From contig JAFLUZ010000004.1 in the NCBI GenBank assembly GCA_022508535.1, forward strand, positions 18,130-82,129: 64,000 nt of DNA, read 5' to 3'. The DNA comes from Erysipelotrichales bacterium. GTDB lineage: Bacteria; Bacillota_I; Bacilli_A; RFN20; CAG-826. A program made the position numbers and the translations under genes. Position 1 is the stretch's first letter. Each line of letters starts with the position of its first letter. The notes under the pieces are model-generated. The model was not told the origin of the DNA. It worked only from the letters and a program-made list of their open reading frames with translations, and searched no databases. Shown here in pieces: positions 10,425 to 21,247 of this stretch.

Positions 10425-11315
10425 CTAAATTTTTAACCATTTTCCCATTTCAAAATCGGCGTTATCATCATCAAGAATCAAGGTTCCTTTTGCGGGAGTG
10501 AAGGTCATTTCACCAAAATAAATTTTACCGTTTATATTATACAAATCTACACGAACAAATGGAAAGGGTTTTGCAAGTTTTTCGGATAGTTTAACCATTT
10601 CTTCAAAGTTTGCTGGTTTTTCCAATTCATAATCAGTTTTTTTCCATCCATTAAATTGTGAGCCATCAAATGGTGTCCAATCTATATAATAATTGTTATA
10701 TCGAATGTCTTTTCCACGCCCAGTTACGACGTAGAGACTTTTAGCTACACCATTGAACACATGGATTTTATATTCTGTTGGAAGATCAAGTGCACCGATA
10801 TATTGTTCAATTATTATTTGAGGCTTAATTTTTGCATAATGTAATTCAATGGTCTTTTTGCCATAATTAGTTTTTAGCCATTTATTAAATTTTTTTCTTA
10901 AATCATTAATGTCCATTTTAGATTTGTCTTTAATAATAGCGTTAAATGCACAAGCGTGAGAGCATTTCATTACAAACTGATCTGGCAAAGCATCAAAGTC
11001 AATATCATCAAATTTATCAAATACACCTAAACAAGGAATTAAATATTTTTCTAAGCCTAATTCTTTTAGATAGTCGCGCACACCAACTCTAGAAGCACAT
11101 TGACTTACCTTTGTATCTTTAGGATATTCATATAGTCTTAAATGTTGTAATTTTTCTGTGTATCTAATAGGATTTTTAAGATTTAATTTATGATGTGTAA
11201 TGTATTTGTATTGATATTTTACATATAAAACGGGCGATATTTTTTTCACAATATTACGAAAAGGCAAAAGAATGCTGCGCTTAAGAAGATTCTCTTTTAA
11301 ATTCTTGTTTCGCAT
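10425..11315 (-). CDS. ATP-grasp fold amidoligase, TupA-like (teichuronopeptide-type)
   Basis: About 295 aa. The pattern ...YTEKLQHLRLYEYP...KYLIPCLGVFDKFDDIDFDALPDQFVMKCSHACAFN...IIIEQYIG...YKIHVFNGVAKSLYVVTGRG...RVDLYNINGKIYFGEMTFTPA matches the ATPgrasp_TupA family. A -10 TATAAT lies on the minus strand just upstream, at about 11331-11336. The start is taken at the internal ATG, which follows the RBS GAAGTGGTGA. Confidence 0.55.
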   Translation of the reverse strand: MRNKNLKENLLKRSILLPFRNIVKKISPVLYVKYQYKYITHHKLNLKNPIRYTEKLQHLRLYEYPKDTKVSQCASRVGVRDYLKELGLEKYLIPCLGVFDKFDDIDFDALPDQFVMKCSHACAFNAIIKDKSKMDINDLRKKFNKWLKTNYGKKTIELHYAKIKPQIIIEQYIGALDLPTEYKIHVFNGVAKSLYVVTGRGKDIRYNNYYIDWTPFDGSQFNGWKKTDYELEKPANFEEMVKLSEKLAKPFPFVRVDLYNINGKIYFGEMTFTPAKGTLILDDDNADFEMGKWLKI

Positions 11316-11417
11316 AATAATCACCACTTCGTATTATAGCACAATTAAGAAATATTAATAAATAATTACCAATGTATCTTTAAAAATGGTATCATATTTA
11401 TAATTAGGAGGATAAAA

Positions 11418-11771
11418 GTGATGATTCATGCTTTAAAGAAAAAATCTACAATCATATTGGCTTCGATAATTAGTTCATTAATTGTCGCATTTTTTGTAGT
11501 GAGTATAGTCTTAGAACAAGCTCTAATTGTTGATGAATTACCATATAATCTTCCTGTTGCTTTGGTATTGATTTTGATTGTTTTAATATTAGTAGCGTTT
11601 GTGACAAGTGACACATATGTAGCAAAATACCGAAAAAAGAATAATTTACTAGCTGGTCCATTACCAGTTGAAGTTAAACAAAAAGTATGGGATATAATAA
11701 CACCTTGGCTTATAGCTATTATTGTCACGATTTTAATCGCAACTTTAGATACCTTGATATGGCGCATATGA
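11418..11771 (+). CDS. small membrane protein (3 TM), unknown function
   Basis: A strong RBS TAGGAGGA precedes the ATG and there are three clear hydrophobic helices. The antisense ORF 11426..11767 is rejected in its favour. Confidence 0.5.
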   Translation: MMIHALKKKSTIILASIISSLIVAFFVVSIVLEQALIVDELPYNLPVALVLILIVLILVAFVTSDTYVAKYRKKNNLLAGPLPVEVKQKVWDIITPWLIAIIVTILIATLDTLIWRI

Positions 11772-11828
11772 TATGTGCCATTTTATTTCTTTTGGTATGG
11801 CTTTCAATCATTAAATGGTAAAAAATGA

Positions 11829-11857
11829 TTGACTTGTAAATATTATAGTAGTATCAT
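11829..11857 (+). promoter_or_regulatory. sigma-A-type promoter for the opp operon
   Basis: TTGACT (11829-11834), a 17-nt spacer, then TATCAT (11852-11857). It lies about 55 nt upstream of the oppA RBS. Confidence 0.45.
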
Positions 11858-11911
11858 TTAATAAAATTCCACGTTGGAGTTTTTTATTTATAAATAAAAA
11901 GGAGGATTTTT

Positions 11912-14371
11912 ATGAGTAAAAAATTAAACAGATTAATGGTTTTAGGTGCTGTCGCTATGCTTTTAGGCGCTTGTGGACCTAAAGAACCAGAAGAAGTAAC
12001 TTTTGATATTGTTAATAACGAATATATTCCAAGTTCTTATAAAGGCAAAACAACATATACTTCATATATTGCGACACCTTTAAAGTCTTTAAATACTGCT
12101 TTAACAATGTCTGCAGAAAATGGCCAACATATCGCCAACTTCGTCGACGGATTATTAGAAAACAATTCTTATGGTCGTTTATCAAAAGCTCTCGCAGAGA
12201 AAATATTTGTTAATGATTCATACACAAAATATAAATTCTATATTCGTGGTAATGAGTTAGGAAAGGGTACAGCAGATCCAATCCCATGGTTAAAGTGGGA
12301 TGGAACACAATATAATGACCGTGTTGCTGGACCACAATATGTTACAGGTGAAGACTTTGTTACATCTGCAATGTATGTCTTAGATGCTCGTAACCAATCA
12401 GACTGCTACTATTTACCTGCGATGTTCATTAGAGGTGGTTATGAATACTGGGCATATACTTATGCTGACTACCTTTCAAGACAACCAAACTCAAGTGTTA
12501 AAATGGACAGTGATGCAGCCATTGCTGAAAACATTAACAAATTTGCTAAACAATATGGAAACCTTGATTTAAATGTCACTGCATCAATGGTTGATGATAT
12601 TAAAAACGGTAGAAATATTGGTATTAAAGCTGGTAAAGAAAATGATCCAGAAACTGACGTTGAATATTACTACGTCGAGTATGAACTTCAAAGTCCAGCA
12701 GAATATTTCCCATCAGTATTAACTTACACTCCATTCTTACCAATTAATGATAACTTTGTTAAAAACTCTGCTCAAGGTATCACATTATTTGGTACAGGTA
12801 GTAAAGAAAGATTATTGTATTGTGGTGCTTACTTATTAGACAAATGGGAAGCAAGTGGTACATTAGTGTATAAGAAAAATGCTAAATACTGGGATGCTAA
12901 GAATGTTCATATTGATACAATCACATACAATCTATTACCAGAAGGCACAAATGATGACTTCATTCGTAAAGAATACGAATTAGGTAAAATCGACTCATTC
13001 GGTGTTGCACAAACTGATGAAGAAGGTTGGAAAAAATACGTTACTGGTCAAAAAGGTGAAGGATCAATCGAAAGTCCAGTAAATAGTGATGTTTACTCTC
13101 GTGAAATCGATACAGTCGATTCAACATTCTACACTCAATTGAATGTAAACCGCAAAAACTATTCTAAAAACACTTCAGCTATTACAGAAGATGAAAATGA
13201 AAGAGCAAATGCTGCTATCAAAATTAACGCTGTTCGTGACTTATTATTAAATGGTGTCGACTATACAATTTATAACCAAAGATATGGTTTGGCTAAGGAT
13301 ATGCAAAACCAATATCAAATGTGGACATTCATTCCAAAAGGCTTCGTTGAAGATAAAAATGGTAAAGATTACATTGAATACGTTTATGAAGCATATGCTG
13401 ATAAATATGGAATGGACAAAGAAGATGTTCGTGAGTTGTTAAAACAAGGACAACTTCCAGAAAGCTATGACCCTGATGCAAATACTAAAGAGTTAGCTAA
13501 AAAGGCTAAAGCAGCAGTTGAGTACTGGATGAGTCAAAATAACGGAGAAATTGAATATAAAGTTGATGGTATTAAGAAAACACATAAATTAAATTTCCCA
13601 ATTAAATTTGAATACTTAGGATTAAACTTTGATGCAAAACAATCTGTATGGGATTCTCAATGGATTGAAAAATTCAATGAAACAGTCAATGCTTGTACAA
13701 CAAACAGAGATAAGGTTTCATCTGGATTAACTTACTGTGATGGTGGAAAATATCCATACTTTGAAATCGTAAAGAATGAAAAAGTAACAGCAGTTAACTA
13801 TTCATCTTTAGGTGAAAGTGGAGAATACCAATTATATGTTGTTGGTTGGGGTGCTGACTATGCTGATCCACTTACATATTTAAACACTATGACAACTGGT
13901 GGAGATATGTGTGGATATGCTGGTACACAAGAAGAAGTTCCAGATTATGTCAATACATTTGATAAAGATGGTAAAGTCGTTTCTGGAACAAGAAAAGACA
14001 ACATGTTAGATATATATGATGATTTAGTTGCAAGAGGTGCTGCAACAACAAATAACACTATTCAAAGATATGAATTATTTGCTCAAGCAGAAGTCGAATT
14101 ATTATTTGAAGTACACATTATGTCACCTGATTATATGTCAGGACAAGGATGGTCTGTTACTGTATCTCGTTTAGCGGGTTATGAAACACCTTCTGCAGCA
14201 TATGGTTTAAGCTCATACAAGTTAAAAGGTGTTTATGCATTAACTAAAGCTATGGGGGGCGCTGATCGTAAAGCGGCAAAAGCAAAATTTGATGCTAACA
14301 AAAAGAATGCACTTGCTACTTCTTCAGATGAAGATATTTTCGATGGCAAGGGATCACAATATTTTAATTAG
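11912..14371 (+). CDS. oppA: oligopeptide ABC transporter substrate-binding lipoprotein, oversized at 819 aa
   Basis: Lipobox MVLGAVAMLLGACG. The ORF is long and sits directly upstream of oppBCDF. This size of about 800 aa is typical of Mollicutes and Erysipelotrichia OppA proteins. RBS AAAAGGAGG. Confidence 0.75.
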   Translation: MSKKLNRLMVLGAVAMLLGACGPKEPEEVTFDIVNNEYIPSSYKGKTTYTSYIATPLKSLNTALTMSAENGQHIANFVDGLLENNSYGRLSKALAEKIFVNDSYTKYKFYIRGNELGKGTADPIPWLKWDGTQYNDRVAGPQYVTGEDFVTSAMYVLDARNQSDCYYLPAMFIRGGYEYWAYTYADYLSRQPNSSVKMDSDAAIAENINKFAKQYGNLDLNVTASMVDDIKNGRNIGIKAGKENDPETDVEYYYVEYELQSPAEYFPSVLTYTPFLPINDNFVKNSAQGITLFGTGSKERLLYCGAYLLDKWEASGTLVYKKNAKYWDAKNVHIDTITYNLLPEGTNDDFIRKEYELGKIDSFGVAQTDEEGWKKYVTGQKGEGSIESPVNSDVYSREIDTVDSTFYTQLNVNRKNYSKNTSAITEDENERANAAIKINAVRDLLLNGVDYTIYNQRYGLAKDMQNQYQMWTFIPKGFVEDKNGKDYIEYVYEAYADKYGMDKEDVRELLKQGQLPESYDPDANTKELAKKAKAAVEYWMSQNNGEIEYKVDGIKKTHKLNFPIKFEYLGLNFDAKQSVWDSQWIEKFNETVNACTTNRDKVSSGLTYCDGGKYPYFEIVKNEKVTAVNYSSLGESGEYQLYVVGWGADYADPLTYLNTMTTGGDMCGYAGTQEEVPDYVNTFDKDGKVVSGTRKDNMLDIYDDLVARGAATTNNTIQRYELFAQAEVELLFEVHIMSPDYMSGQGWSVTVSRLAGYETPSAAYGLSSYKLKGVYALTKAMGGADRKAAKAKFDANKKNALATSSDEDIFDGKGSQYFN

Positions 14372-14454
14372 TGTTATTTATTAGATAATTTTATAGAGAT
14401 TAGGTTCTTGCCTAATCTCTTATGCATTTTTTGAGACTATAGAGGAGGGATATA

Positions 14455-15663
14455 ATGGCAACATTTTTAATAGGTTACACCATTATAGCTTTGATTGTCT
14501 TATTTGTTTTATTTGTAATTCTTGTAAGCCGCAGAATTATATTTAAAAACAATGCTAAGATACAAAGTATTTTCGCACATCCATTACTAATTTATTCTTT
14601 GAAGCGTATTGGATCTGCTTTAATTTCTGTCATGCTTGCTATTACAGCAACATACTTATTATTACGATTAAAAAGTAGAACAACTATTTGCCAAGGATAT
14701 ATTGAAAACTGGCAAAAACTACCTGTAGATGTTCGTGAAGTAAGATGTGATAGCGTTTTAAAAGATTTAGGCTTATATGGAAATAGTTTTGGAGAAATTT
14801 TAGGGCAAATTATAAATTACTTCTACAAAATCCTACCTTTCCCAAAAACAATATGTACACAAGAAACTGGTACAGATATTATTTATGATGCATTTAATAA
14901 TGCAATTAGCTATGTTCGAGTTTATGATTGCCGTACCTTTATTATTGATTTAGGTATATCATACAAAGCATCTGGTACAGATTCTCGCTACGTTATTGAT
15001 ATCATCTTTGGTGAAAGAATGATGCACTCATTTAGAATTGGTATATTAGCAGTAGTTATTGAACTTGCTATTGGCTATCCTTTGGGTGTTTTAATGGCTA
15101 AACATAAAGATGGAATAATTGATAAAATCGGTAAGACATACATTATTTCTATTGACGCTATTCCTGGTGTTGCATATTACTACATTTGGCAATTGCTCTT
15201 AGTATACATTATTGGTTTAGAAAATAGATACGATGCCTCAAACTTTGCTTCTTGGCTGGCACCTGCTTTAACAATGGGATTAACAGGTATGGCAGGTATT
15301 GCTTTATGGGTTAGAAGATTTATGTTGGATGAATTCAATTCTGATTATGTTAAATTTGCACGTGCAAAAGGTATATCAGAAAATAGAATTATGTATACCC
15401 ATGTTTTGAGAAATGCTATTGTTCCTTTAATTAGATCAATTCCTGCTTCAATTTTAGGTGCCCTTTTAGGTTCCTTCTATATTGAAAAAATATATGGTGT
15501 TCCAGGATTAGGTGAGTATTTAATATGGGCTAATGATTACAATGATATGTATGCTTTGCAAGGCATTGTTGTTGTCTCAGCATTTATTTCTATTCTCGCT
15601 TATTTGGCTGGCGATATTGTAACTGCTATGGTTGACCCTCGTGTCAGCTTGGCATCGGAATAG
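14455..15663 (+). CDS. oppB: oligopeptide ABC transporter permease, with an extracytoplasmic insertion of about 100 aa after TM1
   Basis: 402 aa. The C-terminal EAA-type permease core (ARAKGISENRIMYTHVLRNAIVPLI) is present. The inserted loop between TM1 and TM2 contains several Cys residues. Confidence 0.85.
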   Translation: MATFLIGYTIIALIVLFVLFVILVSRRIIFKNNAKIQSIFAHPLLIYSLKRIGSALISVMLAITATYLLLRLKSRTTICQGYIENWQKLPVDVREVRCDSVLKDLGLYGNSFGEILGQIINYFYKILPFPKTICTQETGTDIIYDAFNNAISYVRVYDCRTFIIDLGISYKASGTDSRYVIDIIFGERMMHSFRIGILAVVIELAIGYPLGVLMAKHKDGIIDKIGKTYIISIDAIPGVAYYYIWQLLLVYIIGLENRYDASNFASWLAPALTMGLTGMAGIALWVRRFMLDEFNSDYVKFARAKGISENRIMYTHVLRNAIVPLIRSIPASILGALLGSFYIEKIYGVPGLGEYLIWANDYNDMYALQGIVVVSAFISILAYLAGDIVTAMVDPRVSLASE

Positions 15664-15675
15664 GAGGTGGAGTAA

Positions 15676-16656
15676 ATGGCAAAGAACATTGATGAAGTTG
15701 TTGAATTTAATACAAAAGATTTGTTTACTGTCGTTGGTAATTCGGATGACGAAGCCGAAAAACTCGAATCCACTCCTTATTCATATTGGGGAGAGACCTT
15801 TAAACAATTATGGAAGAATCCATTAACGATAATTTGTATTGCTATAATTATTTTAATTGTTATTATGGCGTTTGTTGGACCTTTAATTAAACAATATAAA
15901 ATTATTGGTGCTGGCAACAAAACTACTTTTGATACTTTTGAAAATTACTTACCACCATCTGCTGATCATTTCTTTGGTACAGCGGGGGCTGAGATGAAGC
16001 CATATGATGGCCAAGATTTATGGACACTTGTGTGGAAGGGTACACAATTATCGCTCCTTTTAGGAACGGTTGTCGCTCTTATTGATACATTCTTTGGAAT
16101 TATTATTGGTTCCATGTGGGGATACTTTAAATGGTTAGATCCAATTTTAATTGAATTACGTAACTTTATTAATACTATCCCATCAATTTTACTTTATATT
16201 TTATTAATGCAATTCCTAGAACCATCATTCTGGACAATTGTTCTCGTATTATGTATGTTTGGTTGGATGGGACTTGCTGGATTTATTCGTAACCAAATTA
16301 TTATTATTCGTAATCGTGAATATAATATTGCTTCGCAAACTCTTGGTAGTTCATCAAAGGCAATGATTACACATAACTTATTACCTTATTTAATTTCTGT
16401 TATTGTAACAGTTATTTCTACTGCAATTCCTGGTGCAATTTCCTCAGAAGTTGGTCTTGCTTACTTTAATTTAAGTTTCAAGGCTGATGATCAAGTAACG
16501 CTTGGACAAGTATTGACACTTGCTGCTAAAGATAACTGGATTGATCACATTTATTTATTGTTGGCACCGATGGTTGTTATGGCACCACTTACAATTTGTT
16601 TCTTCTATCTTGGCTTGGCTTTAGCTGATGCTACAGATCCGAAGAACCACCGCTAG
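15676..16656 (+). CDS. oppC: oligopeptide ABC transporter permease
   Basis: 326 aa with the BPD_transp_1 architecture. RBS AGGAGGTGGAG. Confidence 0.85.
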   Translation: MAKNIDEVVEFNTKDLFTVVGNSDDEAEKLESTPYSYWGETFKQLWKNPLTIICIAIIILIVIMAFVGPLIKQYKIIGAGNKTTFDTFENYLPPSADHFFGTAGAEMKPYDGQDLWTLVWKGTQLSLLLGTVVALIDTFFGIIIGSMWGYFKWLDPILIELRNFINTIPSILLYILLMQFLEPSFWTIVLVLCMFGWMGLAGFIRNQIIIIRNREYNIASQTLGSSSKAMITHNLLPYLISVIVTVISTAIPGAISSEVGLAYFNLSFKADDQVTLGQVLTLAAKDNWIDHIYLLLAPMVVMAPLTICFFYLGLALADATDPKNHR

Positions 16657-16668
16657 GAGGTTAATATT

Positions 16669-17754
16669 ATGGAAAAGAAAAAAGTTCTTGAAATAAAAAA
16701 TCTTAGCGTAGGATTTTTATCACATGGTAAAAAGATGAATGTCATTAGAGATATTACTCTCGATGTTTTTGAGGGTGAAACATTAGCTATCGTTGGTGAA
16801 TCAGGTTCTGGTAAATCTGTATTTACCAAGACATTTACAGGAATGTTAGATTCTAATGGTTATATTTCTAACGGTTCTATTATGTTTGATGGCGTTGATT
16901 TAGCTACTTTAAAGAAAACTAAAGAATGGTTGGGAATTAGAGGTAAAAGAATTGCTACTATTTTCCAAGACCCAATGACATCTTTAAATCCACTATTCTC
17001 AATTGGTTATCAAATTTCGGAAGTTTTGCGTTTGCATCATAACTTATCAAAAGAAGAAGCAAAAAAAGAAGCAATAAACTTACTTAAAAAAGTTCGTATT
17101 CCAGATGCCGAAAAAAGATATAACGATTATCCATTCCAATATTCTGGTGGTATGCGTCAAAGAGTTGTTATCGCAATTGCGCTTGCTTGCCGTCCAGAAA
17201 TATTAATCTGTGATGAGCCAACAACAGCGCTTGACGTTACTGTACAAGCTCAAATTTTGGATCTTATCAAAGAATTACAAAAAGAATATAAATGGACAAC
17301 CATATTTATCACTCACGACTTAGGTGTTGTTGCTAATGTTGCAGATCGTGTTGCAGTTATGTATGGTGGTCAAATTATTGAATATGGTACAGTCGAGGAT
17401 ATTTTCTATCGTTCTGCACATCCATATACATGGGCTTTACTTGCTTCACTTCCTCAATTAGGTAGTAAAGAAGATCCTTTGAGTTATATTTCAGGAAATC
17501 CACCAACATTTACATCAGAGATTATTGGAGATGCTTTTGCTGTAAGAAATAAATACGCTATGCGCATTGACTTCTTAGTTGAACCTCCAATGTTTAAAAT
17601 TAGTGAAACTCATTCAGCAAAAACATGGCTTTTAGACCCACGTGCGCCAAAAGTGGAAAAGCCAACTATTATAAAAAATCTCTCTAAACGCATTAAAGAA
17701 GTGTCTAGTGAGTTGAAGAAAGAAATTGAGATAGGTGGTGAAAAACATGAGTAA
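16669..17754 (+). CDS. oppD: oligopeptide ABC transporter ATP-binding protein
   Basis: Walker A GESGSGKS, signature YSGGMRQR, Walker B ILICDEPTTALD, and the oligopeptide C-terminal extension. Confidence 0.9.
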   Translation: MEKKKVLEIKNLSVGFLSHGKKMNVIRDITLDVFEGETLAIVGESGSGKSVFTKTFTGMLDSNGYISNGSIMFDGVDLATLKKTKEWLGIRGKRIATIFQDPMTSLNPLFSIGYQISEVLRLHHNLSKEEAKKEAINLLKKVRIPDAEKRYNDYPFQYSGGMRQRVVIAIALACRPEILICDEPTTALDVTVQAQILDLIKELQKEYKWTTIFITHDLGVVANVADRVAVMYGGQIIEYGTVEDIFYRSAHPYTWALLASLPQLGSKEDPLSYISGNPPTFTSEIIGDAFAVRNKYAMRIDFLVEPPMFKISETHSAKTWLLDPRAPKVEKPTIIKNLSKRIKEVSSELKKEIEIGGEKHE

Positions 17755-18769
17755 TGTAGTTGATACACCTGTTAAATATGTTGATATTCATCGTAAAGAT
17801 AATAATCGTAATGTTTTAGTTTCTTTCCAAGACATTCGAATTTCTTTTAAGCATGGAATATACGAAAGAGTTATTATTGATCACTTGAATTTAGATATTT
17901 ATAAAGGCGAAATTTTGGGCTTGGTTGGTGAGTCTGGTTCTGGTAAGACTACAATTGGACGTGCACTTATTAGAATTATTCCTACTTCAGGTGGACAAAT
18001 TCTTTATGGCGATGAAACAAAAGAAGTAATTTCTGGCAAAATCAAAAAAGATCGTGCAAGAAATTTAAAGACTAAAATTCAAATGATTTTCCAAGATCCT
18101 TCAGCGTCTTTAAATGATCGTAGTAATGTTGATTACATTATTAGTGAAGGATTACGTGCTTTCCATCTTTATAAAGATGAAGCTGAACGTTTAGAAAAAG
18201 TTGAAAAAATGATTCGCCGTGTAGGCTTAAGTCCAGAACACTTAAAACGTTACCCACACGAGTTTTCCGGTGGTCAAAGACAACGTATCGGTATTGCTCG
18301 TTGTATGATTATGGATCCTGAAATGATTATTGCAGATGAACCAATTTCTGCACTTGACGTTTCAATTCGTGCTCAAGTTTTAAATCTTATCAAAGAATTC
18401 CGTGATGAACGTGGATTGACAGTTTTATTTATTGCTCACGATTTATCAGTTGTTAAATATATTTCTGATCGTATTGCTGTTATTTATCAAGGTAGATTAG
18501 TAGAATTATGTCCTGCTGATCGCCTATTTGAAGTCCCACTTCATCCGTACACAAAATCATTATTATCAGCAATTCCTCTTCCTGATCCAAAGGTTGAAAA
18601 GAAAAAAACTGTGATAATTTATAACCCTAGTCAACATAATTACACAGCTGATGACCCAGCTGATTTCTATGAAGTTGAACCACATCATTATGTGCATTGT
18701 AATTTAGAGGAACTTGCTAACTATAAAAGAATTATTAAAGGATTGAAAGAAGGTGGCAAAAATGAATAA
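17747..18769 (+). CDS. oppF: oligopeptide ABC transporter ATP-binding protein
   Basis: Walker [10 protein letters not shown], signature FSGGQRQR, Walker [12 protein letters not shown]. The start at ATG 17747 follows the RBS AGGTGGTGA and overlaps the oppD stop. Confidence 0.9.
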   Translation: MSNVVDTPVKYVDIHRKDNNRNVLVSFQDIRISFKHGIYERVIIDHLNLDIYKGEILGLVGESGSGKTTIGRALIRIIPTSGGQILYGDETKEVISGKIKKDRARNLKTKIQMIFQDPSASLNDRSNVDYIISEGLRAFHLYKDEAERLEKVEKMIRRVGLSPEHLKRYPHEFSGGQRQRIGIARCMIMDPEMIIADEPISALDVSIRAQVLNLIKEFRDERGLTVLFIAHDLSVVKYISDRIAVIYQGRLVELCPADRLFEVPLHPYTKSLLSAIPLPDPKVEKKKTVIIYNPSQHNYTADDPADFYEVEPHHYVHCNLEELANYKRIIKGLKEGGKNE

Positions 18770-20762
18770 AAAGAAATTTATGAAAATTTTCTTTCCTGTT
18801 TTAGGTGCCACCGTATTAGTTGCGGGAGTATATTGGGCCGCAATTGAATTCATTTTAAAAGATTATCGAAATATTGGTGTAATTCAATTTAGATATATCG
18901 TTGATGCAGATGGCAATTCTGAAGGCACTCCAGCATATATTACAGGTATTAAAGAAGAAGGTTATCCAGAAGTATTTGAATTACCTAAAAAACTATTAGG
19001 GCATCCTATTGTTGGAATTGATGCGGAAGCATTTAAAAATCTTCCTAAACTTAAAAAAGTAATTTTACCAAAGACCGTAGAAGAAATAGGTGATGAAGCT
19101 TTTTCTAATTGCCCATTACTTACAGATGTTGTTGTTAATGGTGAATTAAAATCAGTTGGTAATGAAATTTTCAAAAACTCTGGTTGGTTAGATGCTCATA
19201 GTGATGAAGAATTTATTACTTTCGGAAACTTCTTATATAAATATAATGGTAATAATACAGGAGACTTTATTTTAAAAAGTATCAAAGATAAAAAAGATGG
19301 AGAAAATGAGTCGGGATATGTTTATATTCCTACAGAAATAAATCATTTGGCTAGTGGTGCATTTTCTAATCAACCACATCTAGTTGAAGTGGAAATGCCA
19401 GAAGAATATACAGTAATTGAGAGAAATGTTTTTATGAATTGCTCCAAATTAGAAAAAGTTGATCTCAAGAATGTTACTTCAATTCAAACAGGAGCTTTTA
19501 GTGGATGTGCAAACTTAACTTCAATTGATCTTAAGGATGTCACTGTAATTGGAAATGGTGCTTTCAAAGGAACAGCACTTGAAGAAGTTACACTCAATGA
19601 AAACATTACTGTGATTAATCAATCAGTCTTTGAAAATTGTACAAAACTATCATCAATTTATATTCCTGAAAGCGTGACATCTATTGGAAATGATGCATTT
19701 GCAGGTGATATTTCTCTTAAGAGTCTAAACTTGACTGATAATGTTAAGACAATTGGAAATAGAGTTTTTAAAAATTCTGGTATTGAAGAATTTGTATTTC
19801 CTAAATATGTAGATACAATTAATAATGAGTTGTTCGCAGAAGCTAAATCATTGACAAAAGTAGTCCTTCCTAGCATAGAAGAAGATAATACTGGTATTCT
19901 TGCAATTGGTAATTCTGCATTTAAAAATGCAAGTAACCTAACTTCTATCGAATTCCCAAAAGATAGCAATGGAGAAGAGACTGTAAAAACAATTGGCTCT
20001 AGCGCATTTGAAGGATCTGGACTTAAATCAATAACTATTCCAAAAACCGTGACATCACTTTCTGATGCGGTATTTAAGAATTGTGTTGATTTGGAAGAAG
20101 TAAATTTCTATGATGATAGTCAATTAATTACTATTAATGCTGAATGTTTTAGTGGAACTACTTCTTTAAATAGAATTGAATTCCCAAATTCAGTTGATGT
20201 ATTCTTTAGTGCGATTTTGTCTAACTCTGGTGTTTCAGAAGTTATACTACCTAATAATAATTTCAAATTTACAACATTAAATAAATCATTCTTTGAAAAT
20301 TGTGTGAACTTAACTAGTATTGTTATACCTGAAAGTGTGACAACAATTGATGCGAATGTATTTAAAGGATGCACAAATTTAACAAGTATTACTTTTGGTG
20401 GTCAAGTTAGAAATATTTCTGAAGGAACATTTGAAGATGCTTCATCATTATCATCAATTGTTATCCCTAATAGTGTAAAAATAATTGATAAAAATGCTTT
20501 TAAAAATTGTACATCATTGATATCAATTACTATTTCTAAAAGTGTAAATAGCATAAAAGAAGATGCTTTCTTAAATGCTGAATCGTTAGAAAATGTTTAT
20601 TATGAAGGAACGATTGAAGATTGGAATAAGATCGCATTTGCCAATGAATATTCTAATCCAATGTATTATGCAAAACACTTCTTTGTAATAGATGAAAATT
20701 ACGAAGATGGTCAAGATGAAGCTAATAAATGGGTAGAATTAACACCTATTGAATTATCATAG
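18762..20762 (+). CDS. leucine-rich-repeat surface protein (BspA/LRR_5-type) with an N-terminal membrane anchor
   Basis: After an N-terminal TM there are at least 15 tandem repeats of about 23 aa of the form (F)xNCxxLxSIxIPxSVxxIGxxAF. The RBS GGTGG precedes ATG 18762 and the gene overlaps the end of oppF. Confidence 0.75.
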   Translation: MNKKKFMKIFFPVLGATVLVAGVYWAAIEFILKDYRNIGVIQFRYIVDADGNSEGTPAYITGIKEEGYPEVFELPKKLLGHPIVGIDAEAFKNLPKLKKVILPKTVEEIGDEAFSNCPLLTDVVVNGELKSVGNEIFKNSGWLDAHSDEEFITFGNFLYKYNGNNTGDFILKSIKDKKDGENESGYVYIPTEINHLASGAFSNQPHLVEVEMPEEYTVIERNVFMNCSKLEKVDLKNVTSIQTGAFSGCANLTSIDLKDVTVIGNGAFKGTALEEVTLNENITVINQSVFENCTKLSSIYIPESVTSIGNDAFAGDISLKSLNLTDNVKTIGNRVFKNSGIEEFVFPKYVDTINNELFAEAKSLTKVVLPSIEEDNTGILAIGNSAFKNASNLTSIEFPKDSNGEETVKTIGSSAFEGSGLKSITIPKTVTSLSDAVFKNCVDLEEVNFYDDSQLITINAECFSGTTSLNRIEFPNSVDVFFSAILSNSGVSEVILPNNNFKFTTLNKSFFENCVNLTSIVIPESVTTIDANVFKGCTNLTSITFGGQVRNISEGTFEDASSLSSIVIPNSVKIIDKNAFKNCTSLISITISKSVNSIKEDAFLNAESLENVYYEGTIEDWNKIAFANEYSNPMYYAKHFFVIDENYEDGQDEANKWVELTPIELS

Positions 20763-20960
20763 TTGGTTACTAAAATTGATGATTTTTAATATTTTTAACA
20801 TAAAAATGTCAATAAATTAGTAAACACTATTGGAGAAAAGTGTTTTAGGATTGTGATAAAATGACTATTAAATGCAAAGAAATGCCTAAGACATAGTGTT
20901 GATTGGAATTTCAATATTGCTAAGTAATTTAAAATTTGTATTGATTACTAAACATTTCTA

Positions 20961-20990
20961 AGAGTGAGTAATATGCTCACTCTTTTATTA
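20961..20990 (+). terminator. rho-independent terminator-like hairpin downstream of the opp-LRR operon
   Basis: AGAGTGAG-taatatg-CTCACTCT followed by TTTATTA. Confidence 0.45.
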
Positions 20991-21247
20991 AACATACAGA
21001 TTAATTACCTTCAATAATGTGCAATATTATAGGCCATTAGATGAATATTGTTTTATAGTTAAACGGAAACATATGAATAAAATAGATTGAAAATTAAGTT
21101 TTTTAATCTATTTTTTTCTTTGCTATAAGAGGTATATTTTTCATTTTTATTTTGTTATACAAAATAATATTAAGCTTTTTGCGTGCCTATTTTATTTACA
21201 TAAATGGGCATAATTAGTATAATTAACTTATAAATGAGGAAAAAAAT

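Noticed and set aside
11426-11767. 113-aa antisense ORF overlapping the small membrane protein gene
   Set aside because: The plus-strand ORF has a strong GGAGG RBS and clear TM helices. The minus-strand ORF has neither.
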